A stretch of DNA of 57,260 nucleotides, filler included, from Bipalium vagum (taxonomy: Eukaryota), in NCBI GenBank assembly GCA_037834085.1. It is 3 parts of 3 records of this genome, joined end to end, with 100 filler letters (N's around TTAATTAATTAA, not from the genome) between each part and the next. Parts side by side here need not be neighbours in the genome. Positions count along the whole stretch, not along the records: positions 1 to 16,800 come from JBBMKC010093581.1; positions 16,901 to 35,435 come from JBBMKC010026028.1; 1 more part is not named here. One strand, written 5' to 3'. The notes under the pieces were generated by a model. The model made no database searches. It worked only from the letters and a program-made list of their open reading frames with translations, and was not told the origin of the DNA. Both the position numbers and the translations under genes were made by a program. Of this stretch, positions 13,494 through 27,200 are shown piece after piece (the stretch's first letter is position 1; each line of letters starts with the position of its first letter).

Positions 13494-15274
13494 CTTTGAC
13501 GGGAAATTATTAATTAATGTTTTCCAGGATACCCTCATGTAATAGATTAGGCCACGGTTTCAGAGGAGAAACAATTTCTGAAAAACATCAGAAAATTCAA
13601 CGACGTATGAAATTTAGTGGGGATAATTAGTAGGAGGAAAATCTCCTGAAGCAATTTTAATTATACATGTTCGAAGGAAAGGAATAATCAACTTTTATTA
13701 ATATATATTTACACTAATCAGAAATCAGTTATGGTTTCAGGTAGTCATACCCGGCTTTGTAACGCCTCTTTTGCAATTAATTAAGGAATTGTTCGATCTT
13801 TTCTTGAATGGTTCCAAGGTAGAAATATCAATAATATCTTAAATACTGAACATTGCATTGTTGATAGTACTGTAATCATGTCCTTTTTAATTCATTTTCC
13901 TTATTCTCGGACTAAAAGCTTTCTGTTTTGACAGTTCAGTCGGAATTTCCAGTGCAAGGCATTGGAACTATTTCATGGGTCTGATGAACAGTAACTGTGC
14001 TCAGCTTATAAGATGCAGTGCCTTGACAAAACGTATTGTATTGTAAACGAAGATGTAGGATATTTCATGGTCGACATTTAAAAGTTGATGTTGAGATTTT
14101 TGTCGATGACGAAAAGTGGATATTGCCTAGTGGATATTGCTTAAGGAACACACAAAAGACTTGTCATAATGTTAGACTTGCACGGAAATGAAAAGAAATG
14201 ATTCCTACATGTATATCAATTAACTAGGCCACCCTTAGCAACCCTTACTCGAAGAAGATTCAAGATTGATTAGGTATTAAAGAAATACTTATTATCCAAA
14301 GATATGCGAACCTATCAATCATCCCGAAAGTATGAAAAATTGAGTACTTTTGCAATTCTCTGTGCCAGGAAGTGTGAAGAGCAGAATAAAGATTGGCGTG
14401 AAAAAATTCGTCCAAGTCATGATCATTAAGAAAACATTAAGTGAAAGTTAAAAAGGAAAATCGAAGATAATGTGCCACTTGTCCTTTAAAAATGAGAAAA
14501 ATTAAATTTTTTTAAAAATGTTTTCACAATTTAACAAAACAAGGTTTTTATTCATTAAAATAATTTTCATGATGGTTTCCATGACAATTAAAAACCTCTG
14601 GTAGAAATTAAATTCGTCTTGAATAAAATCTTTCACATTTTGAAATCAATAATTACTGTTATTCATATTTTAACATTTTCCTCCTCCATGAATGATTTGT
14701 CATTTTAAATTCGTTGAACATCCAAAGGGACAAGGTCTCGAGTATACTGTAAATGTGACGGAACATGCTTTTCAATTGAAAATGTATTCATTAGGTCATT
14801 TTAACGTGAGATCTGGTATCATTATGTTCCGGAATAACATTCTCGCCTTTACCTAACTAGAATTGATGAGTGGTAATGATATTTTTTTTAAATAGGACAG
14901 CTGAGAGTGAGGTGTCATTTAATAATAATCTATTTATACAACTTAATTAATAAATTAATGTTTACAGATGCCGGTTCTTTGGGTAAAGTCCATTTTAAAG
15001 AGACGTGGTTATAATGTTAGTCTGGTCATAGTTAAAAAAAGGAATAAAGTGAAATTGACCTCTGCTCAAACATAGGAAATGTTTACATTTTCTATATTCC
15101 ACAATTGTTGACTTGTTTACTGAACAATGAGACCATGTCTGAATTCGTCAAATATTCTGTAAATCGATTTTCGAAACCTAAATTTAAGTTTTCATGAATT
15201 AATTTTGAATTACTATTTATTGGAACAATTCAAAACTATCCTTCTAAATGACATATAACCCAATAAATTTCATT

Positions 15275-15720
15275 TACAAGGTCTATAAATCAAGTATTGA
15301 GACTGATTTTTTTCCTGGCAAACGGGCAACACTGTAACTCTAAGAAGTAGAGATGTGTTTAGCCAAACATCGAATCTACAATGAGTATTAATTTCATCGA
15401 TCTATTATTGTCATGTGACTATTAGTCATCAGTTTTACTTTGAGAAGTTTTTAATTTGCGTTTCAAAAAATGAATGAGAACAATTTCGAACAGCGTTATC
15501 CAATAAAGTTTTGTGTTAAACTGGGTGAAACTACTACAGTAACGTTTGATAAATTAAAGAGAGCTTAAGGTGATGAATCTTTGTTAAGACCTGAAGTTTT
15601 AAACGGTATAAAGCACTGTCTTGCCACACTGCTCTCTCAATTACTGAGTTTCTGACTTTGTTGACATTTGCAGACACAGGTATATAGAAGAAGCATGTGT
15701 CAAAAGGGTATAATTGAATT
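15275..15720 (+). mobile_element. Deleted mariner remnant
   Basis: TIR-like tacaaggtctataaatcaagtattgagactgat followed by MNENNFEQRYPIKFCVKLGETTTVTFDKLKRA*GDESL. Confidence 0.75.
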
Positions 15721-16800
15721 TTAAAATGTATTAAGCTTAATTGTCATATATGGTATTATATTTTAAAATCGGATCCTTTCCTTATGCACAATTTTTTTTG
15801 AAATTTCACCATTGGGAACTTTAAAAGTTACTCTTTCTTTTGTAAGCGTTAAATGAAAGAAAAATGTGGTCAGAAAAGTTACAGAATATGACAAATATCA
15901 TTTGATCAACAAATTGATTTCATTAGAGCACAGAAAACATCAATAGTGCCATCTACACAGTTTTTGTGGGAGGCAAATTAGGAGGTTCCACTTTCAATAA
16001 ATAATCAAAAAAGATTTATTTAAAAAATATACAGATTTTTACATTTTAAAAAGTTGACCACATTCTGTACCACCTCAAAAACCATACGTAATTTTTTTAA
16101 TTACTCGATAAAACAAAAATAACTCATCTCAAACGAACCACGTTTCACATAAATAACAACATAAAAATAATATAAATAAATAAAAATAAATATTTGAAAG
16201 GAAAGCAAACCAAAGAGGTGGTTCTGAGAACTGATAGCAAAAAAACGAGCAAATCTCTCTCTTTGAAAGAAAAAAAAATTAATTGCACTGTAAAATCATT
16301 GTATAATTATCAAATATCAATTAAGGAATTAAGAAAAAAATAGTCTGGTTGCACTGTTAGATAAACTTGAAAAATTTAATTAATGAATAATCAAAGGGTA
16401 CCTAAGAAAGTATTTTCAACGTGGTTAACTGTGAGAAAATGAAGAATGTTATCAAAGTGTCCACAACTAATCTTATGGAAAACCGTCGAGATTTCGCTGG
16501 GTGAAGAACAGTGGAGATATTGCAGAGAGCATAAATTGGTAAAAACAAACAAATACTAATCTCTGTGGCAATTTTCGGTATGAGACTATTGCCCTATCCC
16601 AATGTACAAGTATTATTGTTATACTTGCAACGGTTTTGTTGGTTTTATTAAAACAATACATTTTCAACTATGCGAAACCTTTCAATTTAATGAAACTGAT
16701 TCAAATAATTTTTGAAAAACTTGTTCAAAAAATATAAATTATATTATATTATTTTATTTTCATTAATATATATTTAAAATATTAAGACACGTTTTATTTT

Positions 16801-16900
16801 NNNNNNNNNNNNNNNNNNNNNNNNNNNNNNNNNNNNNNNNNNNNTTAATTAATTAANNNNNNNNNNNNNNNNNNNNNNNNNNNNNNNNNNNNNNNNNNNN
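16801..16900. other. Assembly gap with artificial TTAATTAATTAA spacer
   Basis: 44 N + ttaattaattaa + 44 N; same structure at 35436-35535. Confidence 0.95.
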
Positions 16901-16932
<32 letters not shown>

Positions 16933-16965
16933 TAATAATAACAATAATAATAATAATAATAATAA
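16901..16965. repeat. (AAT)n microsatellite
   Basis: aat run with two aac interruptions, next to the gap. Confidence 0.95.
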
Positions 16966-17449
16966 TACACATATCATATAATATAGCTTATATAATATAT
17001 CATATAAATATTTATTTTCATTAGATTATCTTTTTAAATGAAGTTTTTGTTTAAAATAACTAAATAGTGTTTTATATTTGATTGTGGGGTTTTGTTGAAA
17101 AAACATAATTGTCAACAACCCTACATGGTTTTAGTTGTTTGAAACCCCATAATTAGCTAAAATGAAGATCAAAAAATTTGATAAATACGAATTGAAATGT
17201 CTAGGACATCATGGAAATGAGATTTTTATGATAAATTTATAAAATAGCTGATTAAAAAATATATTTTGAAATTATTTTATTTATATTATATTTGTTAACT
17301 ATAATTTTAAGATTATAAAAACTATAGAAGATATTTTATGCAGCAATACAACAATTTGTTTAATAACCAAAGAAAGGGTGTTCCTCACATTCCAGCTTAT
17401 ACCATAATATTTATTGTTTATCTCAGTGCAAATTTAGCCCAGTTTTATA

Positions 17450-18080
17450 CAGGTGTCTCACTAATCTATATACTATTTTTCAGCTTCTGTAAATTGTCAC
17501 TTTTGCCCAAATGCCAAAAATGTTACAGTAGGCAGAAGAAAGTAATATTGTTATATATAAATTTTAAACACAACATTAATATTTCATTAGCTAGAAACCT
17601 CCATCATTTTCAACAACGTGAAAGATGACTTTCCGATATTCCAACAAAGTTTTTGTTCACGTTTCTGTAATAATCTGATTAAATGCGTCAAACAATTCAT
17701 TCTTAAAACTTTCTATAACAGTTGGATCTGTGTTGTATACCTTAGATGTAAAGAAACTCAATAGAAAGAAATCACATGGCGTTAAATCCGGTGGTCGAGG
17801 TTGCCATGAAATGTTTGGAGAACCTCTGTTAATTTAACGATTTTGAAACTTCTGAGTTAACAATGCATCGTTTTCCCCCAATGGTGTGATGAAAAATCTT
17901 GCATAAATATAAAATTCCTTCTTCATGCCATAAGTTTTTAATACCGGATAAAATTTTGTTTTCAGCATTTCAAGATAGAAAACACTTCATGGTTTTATCA
18001 AACAAAATCGGACTAATAATACCAGACTTACCAAAGACAGTCCAGACAGTAATTTTATGAGAGTGCAAACTCTTCTTAGC
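17450..18080 (-). mobile_element. Tc1/mariner (rosa/DD41D-like) transposase remnant
   Basis: Terminus caggtgtctcact; minus strand reads SWQPRPPDLTPCDFFLLSFFTSKVY (WPPRSPDLTPCDFFLWG motif). Confidence 0.75.
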
Positions 18081-18999
18081 AGTTAAATACAAATATAACT
18101 TTGACAACAAAAAAAAATCATAGCTGAAGACATTTGACTACATCTCACAGACTGACAGCCATTTTAAACTTCAATATTTCACAAAAAATAGTAACACTGC
18201 TTATTTGTGTTTTTAAGTCAAATGGGTTCTTTCTTTCTCAACCTCTTTACTAAAGTGAAATTGATTTTGAATTCACTCCGCAAGCAGAATTAGTATCAAA
18301 AATAGCATTTAATGTGCTGTGACTAAGAATGTTTCTCAAAGGTAAAATATGAAAAAGCTGTGCCATATTTCTCTTTTTTTACCCGTTTCCTTTGATGAAA
18401 GTTAGTTAGCTCTCTCACTCATTCTTAATTATTGATAGATGTCGATCTCTAGAACTACCATTCAGCTGAATTTGACAACATAATTTTAGGTTTCGAGAAT
18501 ACTTAGTTCAGTCCTTGCTATTATCAACAGTTGTTATAAGTTAAAGCCCAACGCCAGGCAATATTCTTGTTTGAAACAATTAATAAAATTTCATAAAACT
18601 TTTTTCTGCAAAATTTCCGAAATCCAAGGATTTACATTATTTAAATAATATTAAATTTGACAAAAATTATCAATTATCATTAACGTGTAAAAAATGGATA
18701 AGTCGTACAAAGGTGAGGCTTAAAATTGTAATTCTGAAAGGCAGCAATAACATACATTGTCATTCACAAGAGAATATTATTAATATTATTCTGTATCATA
18801 TTAATAGTTGTCATCTTGATAGAGATGTACTATATATTATATGTGGATTTATTTCCGGGATACGACAAAGCTGTGACAATTTAAATGAGTGGTAGTACTT
18901 AAATATGATTAGTTTTCTATCAATTTAAGTGTTACAATTAAGTGTTTAAATAATCTACTATGCAAAATTTTGAAAATTCGAGAAAAGAGCAGCATCTAC

Positions 19000-19290
19000 A
19001 AAAGTATTGTTGGTTCCTATTTCTCAAAACCAGCTGCTGCTGACCGTCTCCGTTTGTTCGTCGATTTTGGGGACATTCTTACTCGAAAACATTTTTTTAT
19101 CGATTTTAAAATGATGATTTCGACACTAATGACAAAGAACGATCTGGACGGTAAAAAAGTTTAATGATGGAGACCTGAAGAATTTAATCAGTATTGATTC
19201 GCGTTTAACGCAAGAATAAAATGCAACATTATTCTAAGTAGATCGTTCTAATGTTAGCAAACATTTACAACCAATGGGAATGATTCAAAA
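19000..19290 (+). mobile_element. mariner 5' fragment
   Basis: AAADRLRLFVDFGD...FKxDDFDTNDKERSGR, then RSNVSKHLQPMGMIQ. Confidence 0.65.
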
Positions 19291-19989
19291 TATAATATGA
19301 AAATTTTATTTTATTAAATATTGATGCTAAACTTCGTGGACATAATGAATACATAATAAATCATGAAATATTAAGATCGCCATCAATGGAAACTTGGAAA
19401 CAATAAATGCAAAATAAATGTTGTATTAAATAAATAAATAAAATATATTTTGCAAATAAATGATTTCAAGAATACCACGAAAATATTTTTCCTGATTAAA
19501 TTGTTTCTAAGGAAATTAATCTAATTTTAATAATTATTAAAAATGGATTTTAGGTCCAAAATAATTTTCCAGACAATTTTCAATCTAATTTCAGTCGGTT
19601 GAAAAACGTTCATCTAAATCCGTTGTTCTATTTAAACAAATAAATCCATATTAAGATCAAATTACACAGTGACTTAAGATTTCATAAATGTCAAAAGGAA
19701 TGAAGAGAAAATGTTTTTATCTTTTCCATTTTCATTTCTGGATAATTTTTGATTTTATTTGTGATAAACATGGTGGTTCTCCCTTTTTGTTATAAAAGCT
19801 TTTTCGATTTAATTATTATCATTATTTAGAAAAATATAATTAAATAAAAATATTTTTTATATTTCTATTATATAATTAATTTAATTTAAATAGCTTAAAT
19901 TTTATTTAAAATAACTTACACAAATTATTTTTTAACTTTGTTTAAATTAACTGATATATTTTTTAAATTAATATTTTTACTACTACTAC

Positions 19990-20027
<38 letters not shown>

Positions 20028-20218
20028 TTTTTAATTGTTTAAAATCAGAAATTTAATTTTTTGCATAAAATTGAAATTTTAAATATTTTTACCTAAACTT
20101 AGAAAAAAAATTAATGGATTATTTTCAGAAATTCTTTGAAAAAATTATATTATTTTTTTATGAATTATTTCTGTTAATTTCATTTTGAGTTCTATTTTGA
20201 TATTGTCATCTTTATTTA

Positions 20219-20725
20219 TTAGGTGTACAACTATGACCCCGGCGTTTTCTAATAAGAAAACAAAGACATTTATTACAAACTTTATTTAAAAACATTTATT
20301 GAAAATATGTTCCATTGGAAGCTACAGAATTGCCCACCTTTCAGGTAACGAATGAATTCCATGAAAGAAAAACTCTGGCTCTTTTGATGAAATCCAGTTG
20401 TCATTCCAATTTTCTCCGGAAAGTGCTGATTGCAAAGAGCGGAGCAAATAGTATTTCGAAGGAGCGATGTTTGGGGAAAATGGCAGGTGAGGTAAGACTT
20501 CCCATTTTGTACCTTCTAAGTAATTATTTACAACTGAATTAACGTGTGGTCTTGCGTTATCATGTTGTAAAATTATCTTTTCGTATCTAGTCACCCATTC
20601 CGTTCGTTTTTCATTCAAAGCTTGCTTCAAACGAATTAATTGTGATCTATAAAGTTCACCAGTTAGTGTTTGACAAGATTTTAAAAATTAATAATAGATC
20701 ACTCCTGATCCCACCAGATACACAC
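20219..20725 (-). mobile_element. mariner (mauritiana-like) 3' half, pseudogene
   Basis: TIR ttaggtgtacaactatg; IILQHDNARPHV...WEVLPHLPFSPNIAPSKYYLLRSLQ...FFFHGIHSLPERW. Confidence 0.9.
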
Positions 20726-21263
20726 GGTCAAATGTCTCTACAAATATCATGACAATTCAAACTCAGTAGTACAGTGTCCATTTGTGTTAATACTCGAATG
20801 GTTTCCAGTAATGATAAATCAAGAATTAAAAATAGGAGTATAATAAATAGATAGTATAAAATTAATGAAAGGTAATGACAGAATACTGAAAAGGGCAAAT
20901 AAGAATTAAATGTGAAATTAGATTAAGAAAGTTAATATACAAAATCAATGACGGTCAATGATAAAAAATGTGACTGAGAATACAGGAAATTGTATGAATA
21001 TGAAATAATGACCATGGCTGAAATATCTAAGAGAAAAGTCGAGAGACATAGATAAAATACTAAAGAATAAAAGATTTCTCCATAAAATTACTTCATGTTA
21101 CACAGACTGTCCGGAAATCCATTTTTTCAAAAATATAATTATTTATATATATTTAATAAATAATAGAGTGGCGGGCAACGTACGTTTCATGATAAAATGT
21201 TACCAAAATATATTTTTTCTACATATTATTTTCTTTAATTTTTAGAGGACAAACTTTTTGCAG

Positions 21264-24200
21264 ATGGAAATTGAAAGAATCAAAAGAGAAATGAATTCCA
21301 CCATTTCTGACAGAGATACTCACGTAAGTTTATTTCTTTGCAAAGCTTTTTCATGGTACTTTCTGTGCAAAATAATGTGAAAGGTATTCTGTGATGTTAG
21401 TACAATTTAAACAAATAATTCTTTATAAAACCAAATCAGCAAGGTTCTTTATAAAATTAAGAATTATTTCCACAGATATTTCCAATATTTGGTCGGTTTA
21501 ATGACCGATAATATTTTGATATTGTCGCGGCTCCTAACTTCAACAGATTTTCATAAAAAATTTCAAAAATATTAAATAATAACAATTTTTTATTCATCAA
21601 AGATTAAATATTCGTAATTATACTTGTAATTTTTGTGATCTTGTCAGTTTGCAACAATAGTGCCATATTATTGATTTTCAATTACGTTGACATGTCATTA
21701 GGTTGTTAAGAAAAATTTGCAAGTTTTATGTACATTCATTTTAAAACAGCATAAGTACGCGAAGCAAAAGGTTTAGTAATTAAAATAAAACCATTAGCCT
21801 TTATACATTTTACCAACGAATTAGTAGACCTGGAAGCAATGAACTATTCAAATTCCTTTTTAGCACCTTTTTTTCCGAAGTATTTTTCCATTAAAATAAT
21901 TTTGTAAATCTTTGAATAAATGGAAATCAGTTAGCGAGAGATGAGGCCAGTATGGTGGGTTGGGTGGAATTTCTGAATTTAGGTTTTTTAGCTTAATCTT
22001 GGTTTGCTTTGCTATGTGCGGAAAGGCATTGTCATGCAATAGAATTGGGTATATTCTATTGATCAATACGAAGTATATTCTTTTCAGATTTTCTTGTATA
22101 ATAACAACTTCTAGTCAGTATTTCTCTTTTTTTATCATTTCACACTTTTCCAGGTAATCTTAATGAATCACCGCTTTTGATCTTTACCATACCGTAATCA
22201 TTATCTTTTTTCCGTGTTGATTCGGTTTTCAGAAGAACTTGGGACATTCACAGATGTATACCAACTGAGCTGAACGTTTATTATTGTTGTATAGCAAACA
22301 TTTTCATCACAAGTAATCAGACGATGAAGAAATGGCTCGTTTTTCATCCTTAAAATGAGTTTCTAGAAAATCTCACCTCAGTGCTCATATAATAATTTCA
22401 TTTAAATTTGATAACCTTTATTTATAATTAATGTTTGATTTAATAAAATTAAATTAAGAAATATTTACACGTGACAACGTTAATAATATTTTAATAATTG
22501 TAAGATACTTTCAAATAAGATCTCTCGACACAGTAGAAAAAACAGAATATCATTAATTAAAAATTTTCCATACAAAATAGAAAATTTAACCGACCACAGT
22601 CAGCTCATATCATTTGTACCTCCTTGCAATTAGATATGAACATATATTACGCTATCCTCGAACCTGTAAGCTGAGAAAAATATAGAGAATCAATATAACA
22701 GCCCAGACTTATTAGTGAATGTCGATATTTTACAAATCTAGACATTATCAATTTTCCCTTTATCGCCATATACTGAGATTATAGAGCCTTTCATCATCAA
22801 AAGAATATTACATTAAATCCCATACATCTTTATCACTAACCACCCATTATTAATTAATTATATATAACAGTGGAAATAATTCAAGAAATAGAAGATAATG
22901 CGTTTATATCTCTAACGCGAACCCTCCTGTTAGAAAATCTTTTCATGATCATCAAAAAAATTTATAATGCATTCTACAAAGCTTTTTCAGATAGGTTTAG
23001 AAGTTCTATAACCGTATTGATTAAAAACAATTAAAGTGGTTTCTACAATGAAGATTTGCGTAAAGGGAAAAGTATAAAAATGGAAAGTCATAATAACTCT
23101 TAATGAATATCCTACATTTTACATTTTAATAATGATAATGAGGAAAAATTATTATGGTTTTTCTATGAGATTTCGATTTATTATTTTGTAGATATTGATT
23201 TATGATATTATGATAGGTAAAGTTCTATTGAAGCAAAACTTAATTTTATTACTTTAGGTTTGTTTGAATAATATAAAACCCAATATAAGAGACGATGAAA
23301 ACGGTGCAAAGTTGAACATGTCAACCATATGAATTTTAATAAAGAGAAATGCACCAAAGGCTACACATAATATATACCAACGCGGGGCAACAAAATAATC
23401 ACAGTTCGTAAAGAAGATTTCGTTCTACAGACAAAATCAGATAAAAAAAGAATTATTATTTGTGACGAGAAGTTGGTATATTTTGACCATATCTGACCTT
23501 CCGGTGAATAGATAAACAATACATAAATAAAAAATATTTTGATATAAAATTTTATAAAATTTAATAAAAAATATTATTATTACAATATATTTTTTTTGTT
23601 ACGCTGCTTTCATATTTTATAAAAATAAAATAAAAATAATTTCAATTGTTGTTATTGATCTCCATAGTAGGATATTTATTGATGTTCTGCTAATATTTAC
23701 TAAGGAATAATTAGAAACAGCGGTTGCTTGGCAACCAAAATAATAATACTGCATCATGTTTCTTAGAAAATTCCTTTTCCCATTTATATTTCTTTCTTTC
23801 CACAGAATCTTAAATAGACGCCTCGTTCTCTTCCGAACATAAATGTGCATATTTGGTACAACCTTTCAGTAAATATTAAAACCATTACTTTAACTGTTAA
23901 GAAATATTACATATCATAATGTGATATATTAGAATTATATAATAATGAAACAAAATATTTAATTAATATATATTATGATGAAAAAACAGTGAAATAATGA
24001 TGATGAAATAATAATAATATTATTATTATATTATCATTATTATTTTTTATTTTAATTATATTTTAATATTATTATCATTATTTTTAATTTATTTTAGTAT
24101 TTCATTATTTTTTATTATTTTTCTATTCAAAAATGTGCAAGGAATAAAAACTTCATCTCAGCAAAAGGTTTTATTAAAAACCTTTCATATTACTTTTTTT

Positions 24201-27200
24201 AAAAATTACAGATATCAATTCTGGCTAGTGATTTGGAAAAGGTAACACAGGAAAAAACGGATATCAACAATAATCTCATATCCACACAATTGGAAATAAA
24301 AGGGAAGGACGATAAAATACGAATGCTGGAGTCTGAGCAGGTAAAGAATATCGATTAAATTTTGTTTGCCTTTTATATTTTCCTTTAATGCAGTCATTTT
24401 TATGAAATTTTATTGAAGTAAATAAATTTTTGTTGACAAACTTTCTCATTCTCAAATATTTTTGACATAAAATATTAAAAAAATCAATAAAATGACAAAA
24501 GATTTCTCATATTTTTCGATCAATACTTTTTGTTATTTTATTAATAAATTTGATTATTAGAAAGATTATTTGTATTTATTATAAAAAATGAGGAAAAAAC
24601 AAAATATTCTGAGAAATTAAGAAATTTTGGTAAAATATATTTTCTCTTACTTTTTTTTGCTCCCATTTTCATTTAAAAATGTGAGATAAATTGAAAGTTA
24701 GTCGGGGGATGTAGCTCAGCGGTCAGAGCATTGCATGCGCATGTGAAGGTCTCGGGTTCGAATCCCGGTATCTCCGAATAATTTTCACTAACATGGCGAC
24801 CACGCCAGGACACCAACCAGCGGACGAGGTCTCAGAAGTAAAAATGTAAAGTAAATTGTTACTTCTGGACCTATCCCCTGTCACTATACAGTTTTACTTC
24901 AGGTTATGGATAATTAAAATTTTAATCCTGCTTAATTTTTGATTCTTTATTTGTCTTAGGTGACTAGTTTGATTTTGGACACTAAGAAAAATGTTCATTA
25001 GAAATTCCGTCTGCATATTGTATGCATTCTTAAAATCAAACTTCATTTAATGAACATCAAAAAAGATTATTGGTTAAATTCTTTATGAAATCGTTATTGA
25101 AATAATATTAGGACAAACATTTAAATTTTTAGAAGTCACTTTTTGTATTTTTTACCAAATAATCACATTAGACTGATCTCATGTTTCTAGACAAGAATGA
25201 ATATGGAAAAGGAAGCATTTCAAAAGAAGTATCAAACAGCTTTGAATCATTTATCGGAGAAAACGGAAAAAATAGATAGTCTGGAGAGGGAAATTGTAAG
25301 CACTTAATAAATTCTGTAAAATAACCAAATAAAATAGATTCAATAAACTCATATTTTTTATATTTTTCAATAATAAAGAGTTATATTCATGAATAAATAG
25401 AGAAATAATCGATCAAGTGAATATACTTCCTAATTTCTGAATATATTTCATTTTATTATTATTATTAGTTTAGTTTAATGTTTAGTCTATATTAAGTAAG
25501 ATGAAATATATTTATTTAAATATGTAAAAATATATACGCATCTTAATCATTTTCGGCAATAATCATTTGTCAAATTTATTTTGTTACTAAAACTTTTTTT
25601 AGTTACTTTATGTTATAAAGATTATTTGAGTAATCACTATAATTACTTTTGTTTAAGTAAGCTAATTTATCAATAAAATAGATTAATCCAATTTAAATTG
25701 TTAAATGTTAGTCTCCATTTAAAAATATGACTGCTGATCATGAGTGTTGAAATCACTTTAATTATTTACCAACTTTTATTGTATTCAAATTATTATTTTT
25801 TTCTATTTACGTGTTATTAAGATTATTATTATTAATTTAATAAGTTATCCAGATTTATCTCGAGGACTCTATAAACCTTTGCCATAAAGTCAATATTACC
25901 ATTCCCTATTAAGGAAAATTATTAATATTAAACAAGAATGAAGTCTAACATTTACATAAGATTGGCTTTTTTAATCAAGTGGGTCTTTTTCATTAGCCCA
26001 TTTTTCACATTTTCAATTGGTGTATTAAATTTTACTTTACGTAATACAAGAATAAAATATCTCACCATATGTCGAACATTATATTGTGATCCAATAAATG
26101 TATTTAATATTTCAACTTGTTGAATAACTAATATATGGTCCTTTGGATCAATAAAATTAATTAATTTTTCATTGCTTGTAACGATTTTAAAAATCTCTTC
26201 ATTTCAACAGGCAGCAATGTATTTTCATTAAAATCTTTTCAAGAATTTTCCATTTTTTATGTTTCCAAGCTTGGTAATTGTTGATTTACTAATATTGAAG
26301 TCCTTAGCAAATTCACTCTTCATTCGACACATATTGCACATCTCTGTCTTCAAATCTTCTTTTGTCATTCAATTGATAATGGGCTGGTAATCATTCAAGC
26401 CTGGAGAGGAAAATATAATTGAATAATTTTAATACTTTTCTGACTTTTTAAATTTAATTTAATTTACAAAATAATATTGCAATTTGCGAATCGTAAAAAA
26501 TTGAAAAATTCTTTTAAAAATTTCATGACTCTCCTCTTTATTGATTGCGTTAAATGTATTATAAGGCCTTACAAAAGGTTTTTTTAAATAAAATTTTTCC
26601 ATGACAAAAGAAAAACAATTGTCTAAGTTAATATTTAAACTTACTCTAAACGTATTATCATTTTGTGCATAATAGTGTGGAAATTTTTCTAGTAACATTG
26701 GTTATGTGTTATTAAAAGTTTTCAATCACAATTAAGGGTAAAATGTAATTAGGTTGTTCAGAATGTTTTGAACTTTGTTTGTGCATTCATTTTAAAACAG
26801 CATAAGTCAGCAGAAACACAAGGTTTGTTGATTTAAATAAAAACCGTTAGCGTTTACACTTTTGATAACAAGTTGGTAGATTTTCCATTGAACCGAAGCA
26901 GATGTCCTACAGAAAAAGGGACTTCATTCTCGTAATTAGTTGCGAAAAATACATTATATTATCAAAATGCCGTCTCCGATATAAAGAAAGATTAAATTTG
27001 AAAAGTAGTGTAATCAGCCGCCTTGAATCGGAATGTTTAATTTCTACAAGCACTTTTTTAGCTCCAGCTGATGATTTCTCTGAATCAGTCAAAAATAGTA
27101 ATACATACATGAAACTTATTTTTGATTGGTTCGTTTTAGCTGCCTTTTGAAATTATTATTGTAAACAAATGGCACACAGGCAACACATAATGACATTAGA

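Noticed and set aside
13900-14500. Possible piggyBac C-terminal remnant
   Set aside because: Too decayed; similarity is limited to a few residues across frameshifts.
16801-16900. Palindromic TTAATTAATTAA between N runs (also 35436-35535)
   Set aside because: Identical 44N-12-44N layout twice; an artificial all-frame-stop gap spacer, not biology.
24705-24776. Functional tRNA-Ala gene
   Set aside because: The anticodon arm is one base short, lacks the U33 loop geometry, and the unit sits in an LTR/PBS context.
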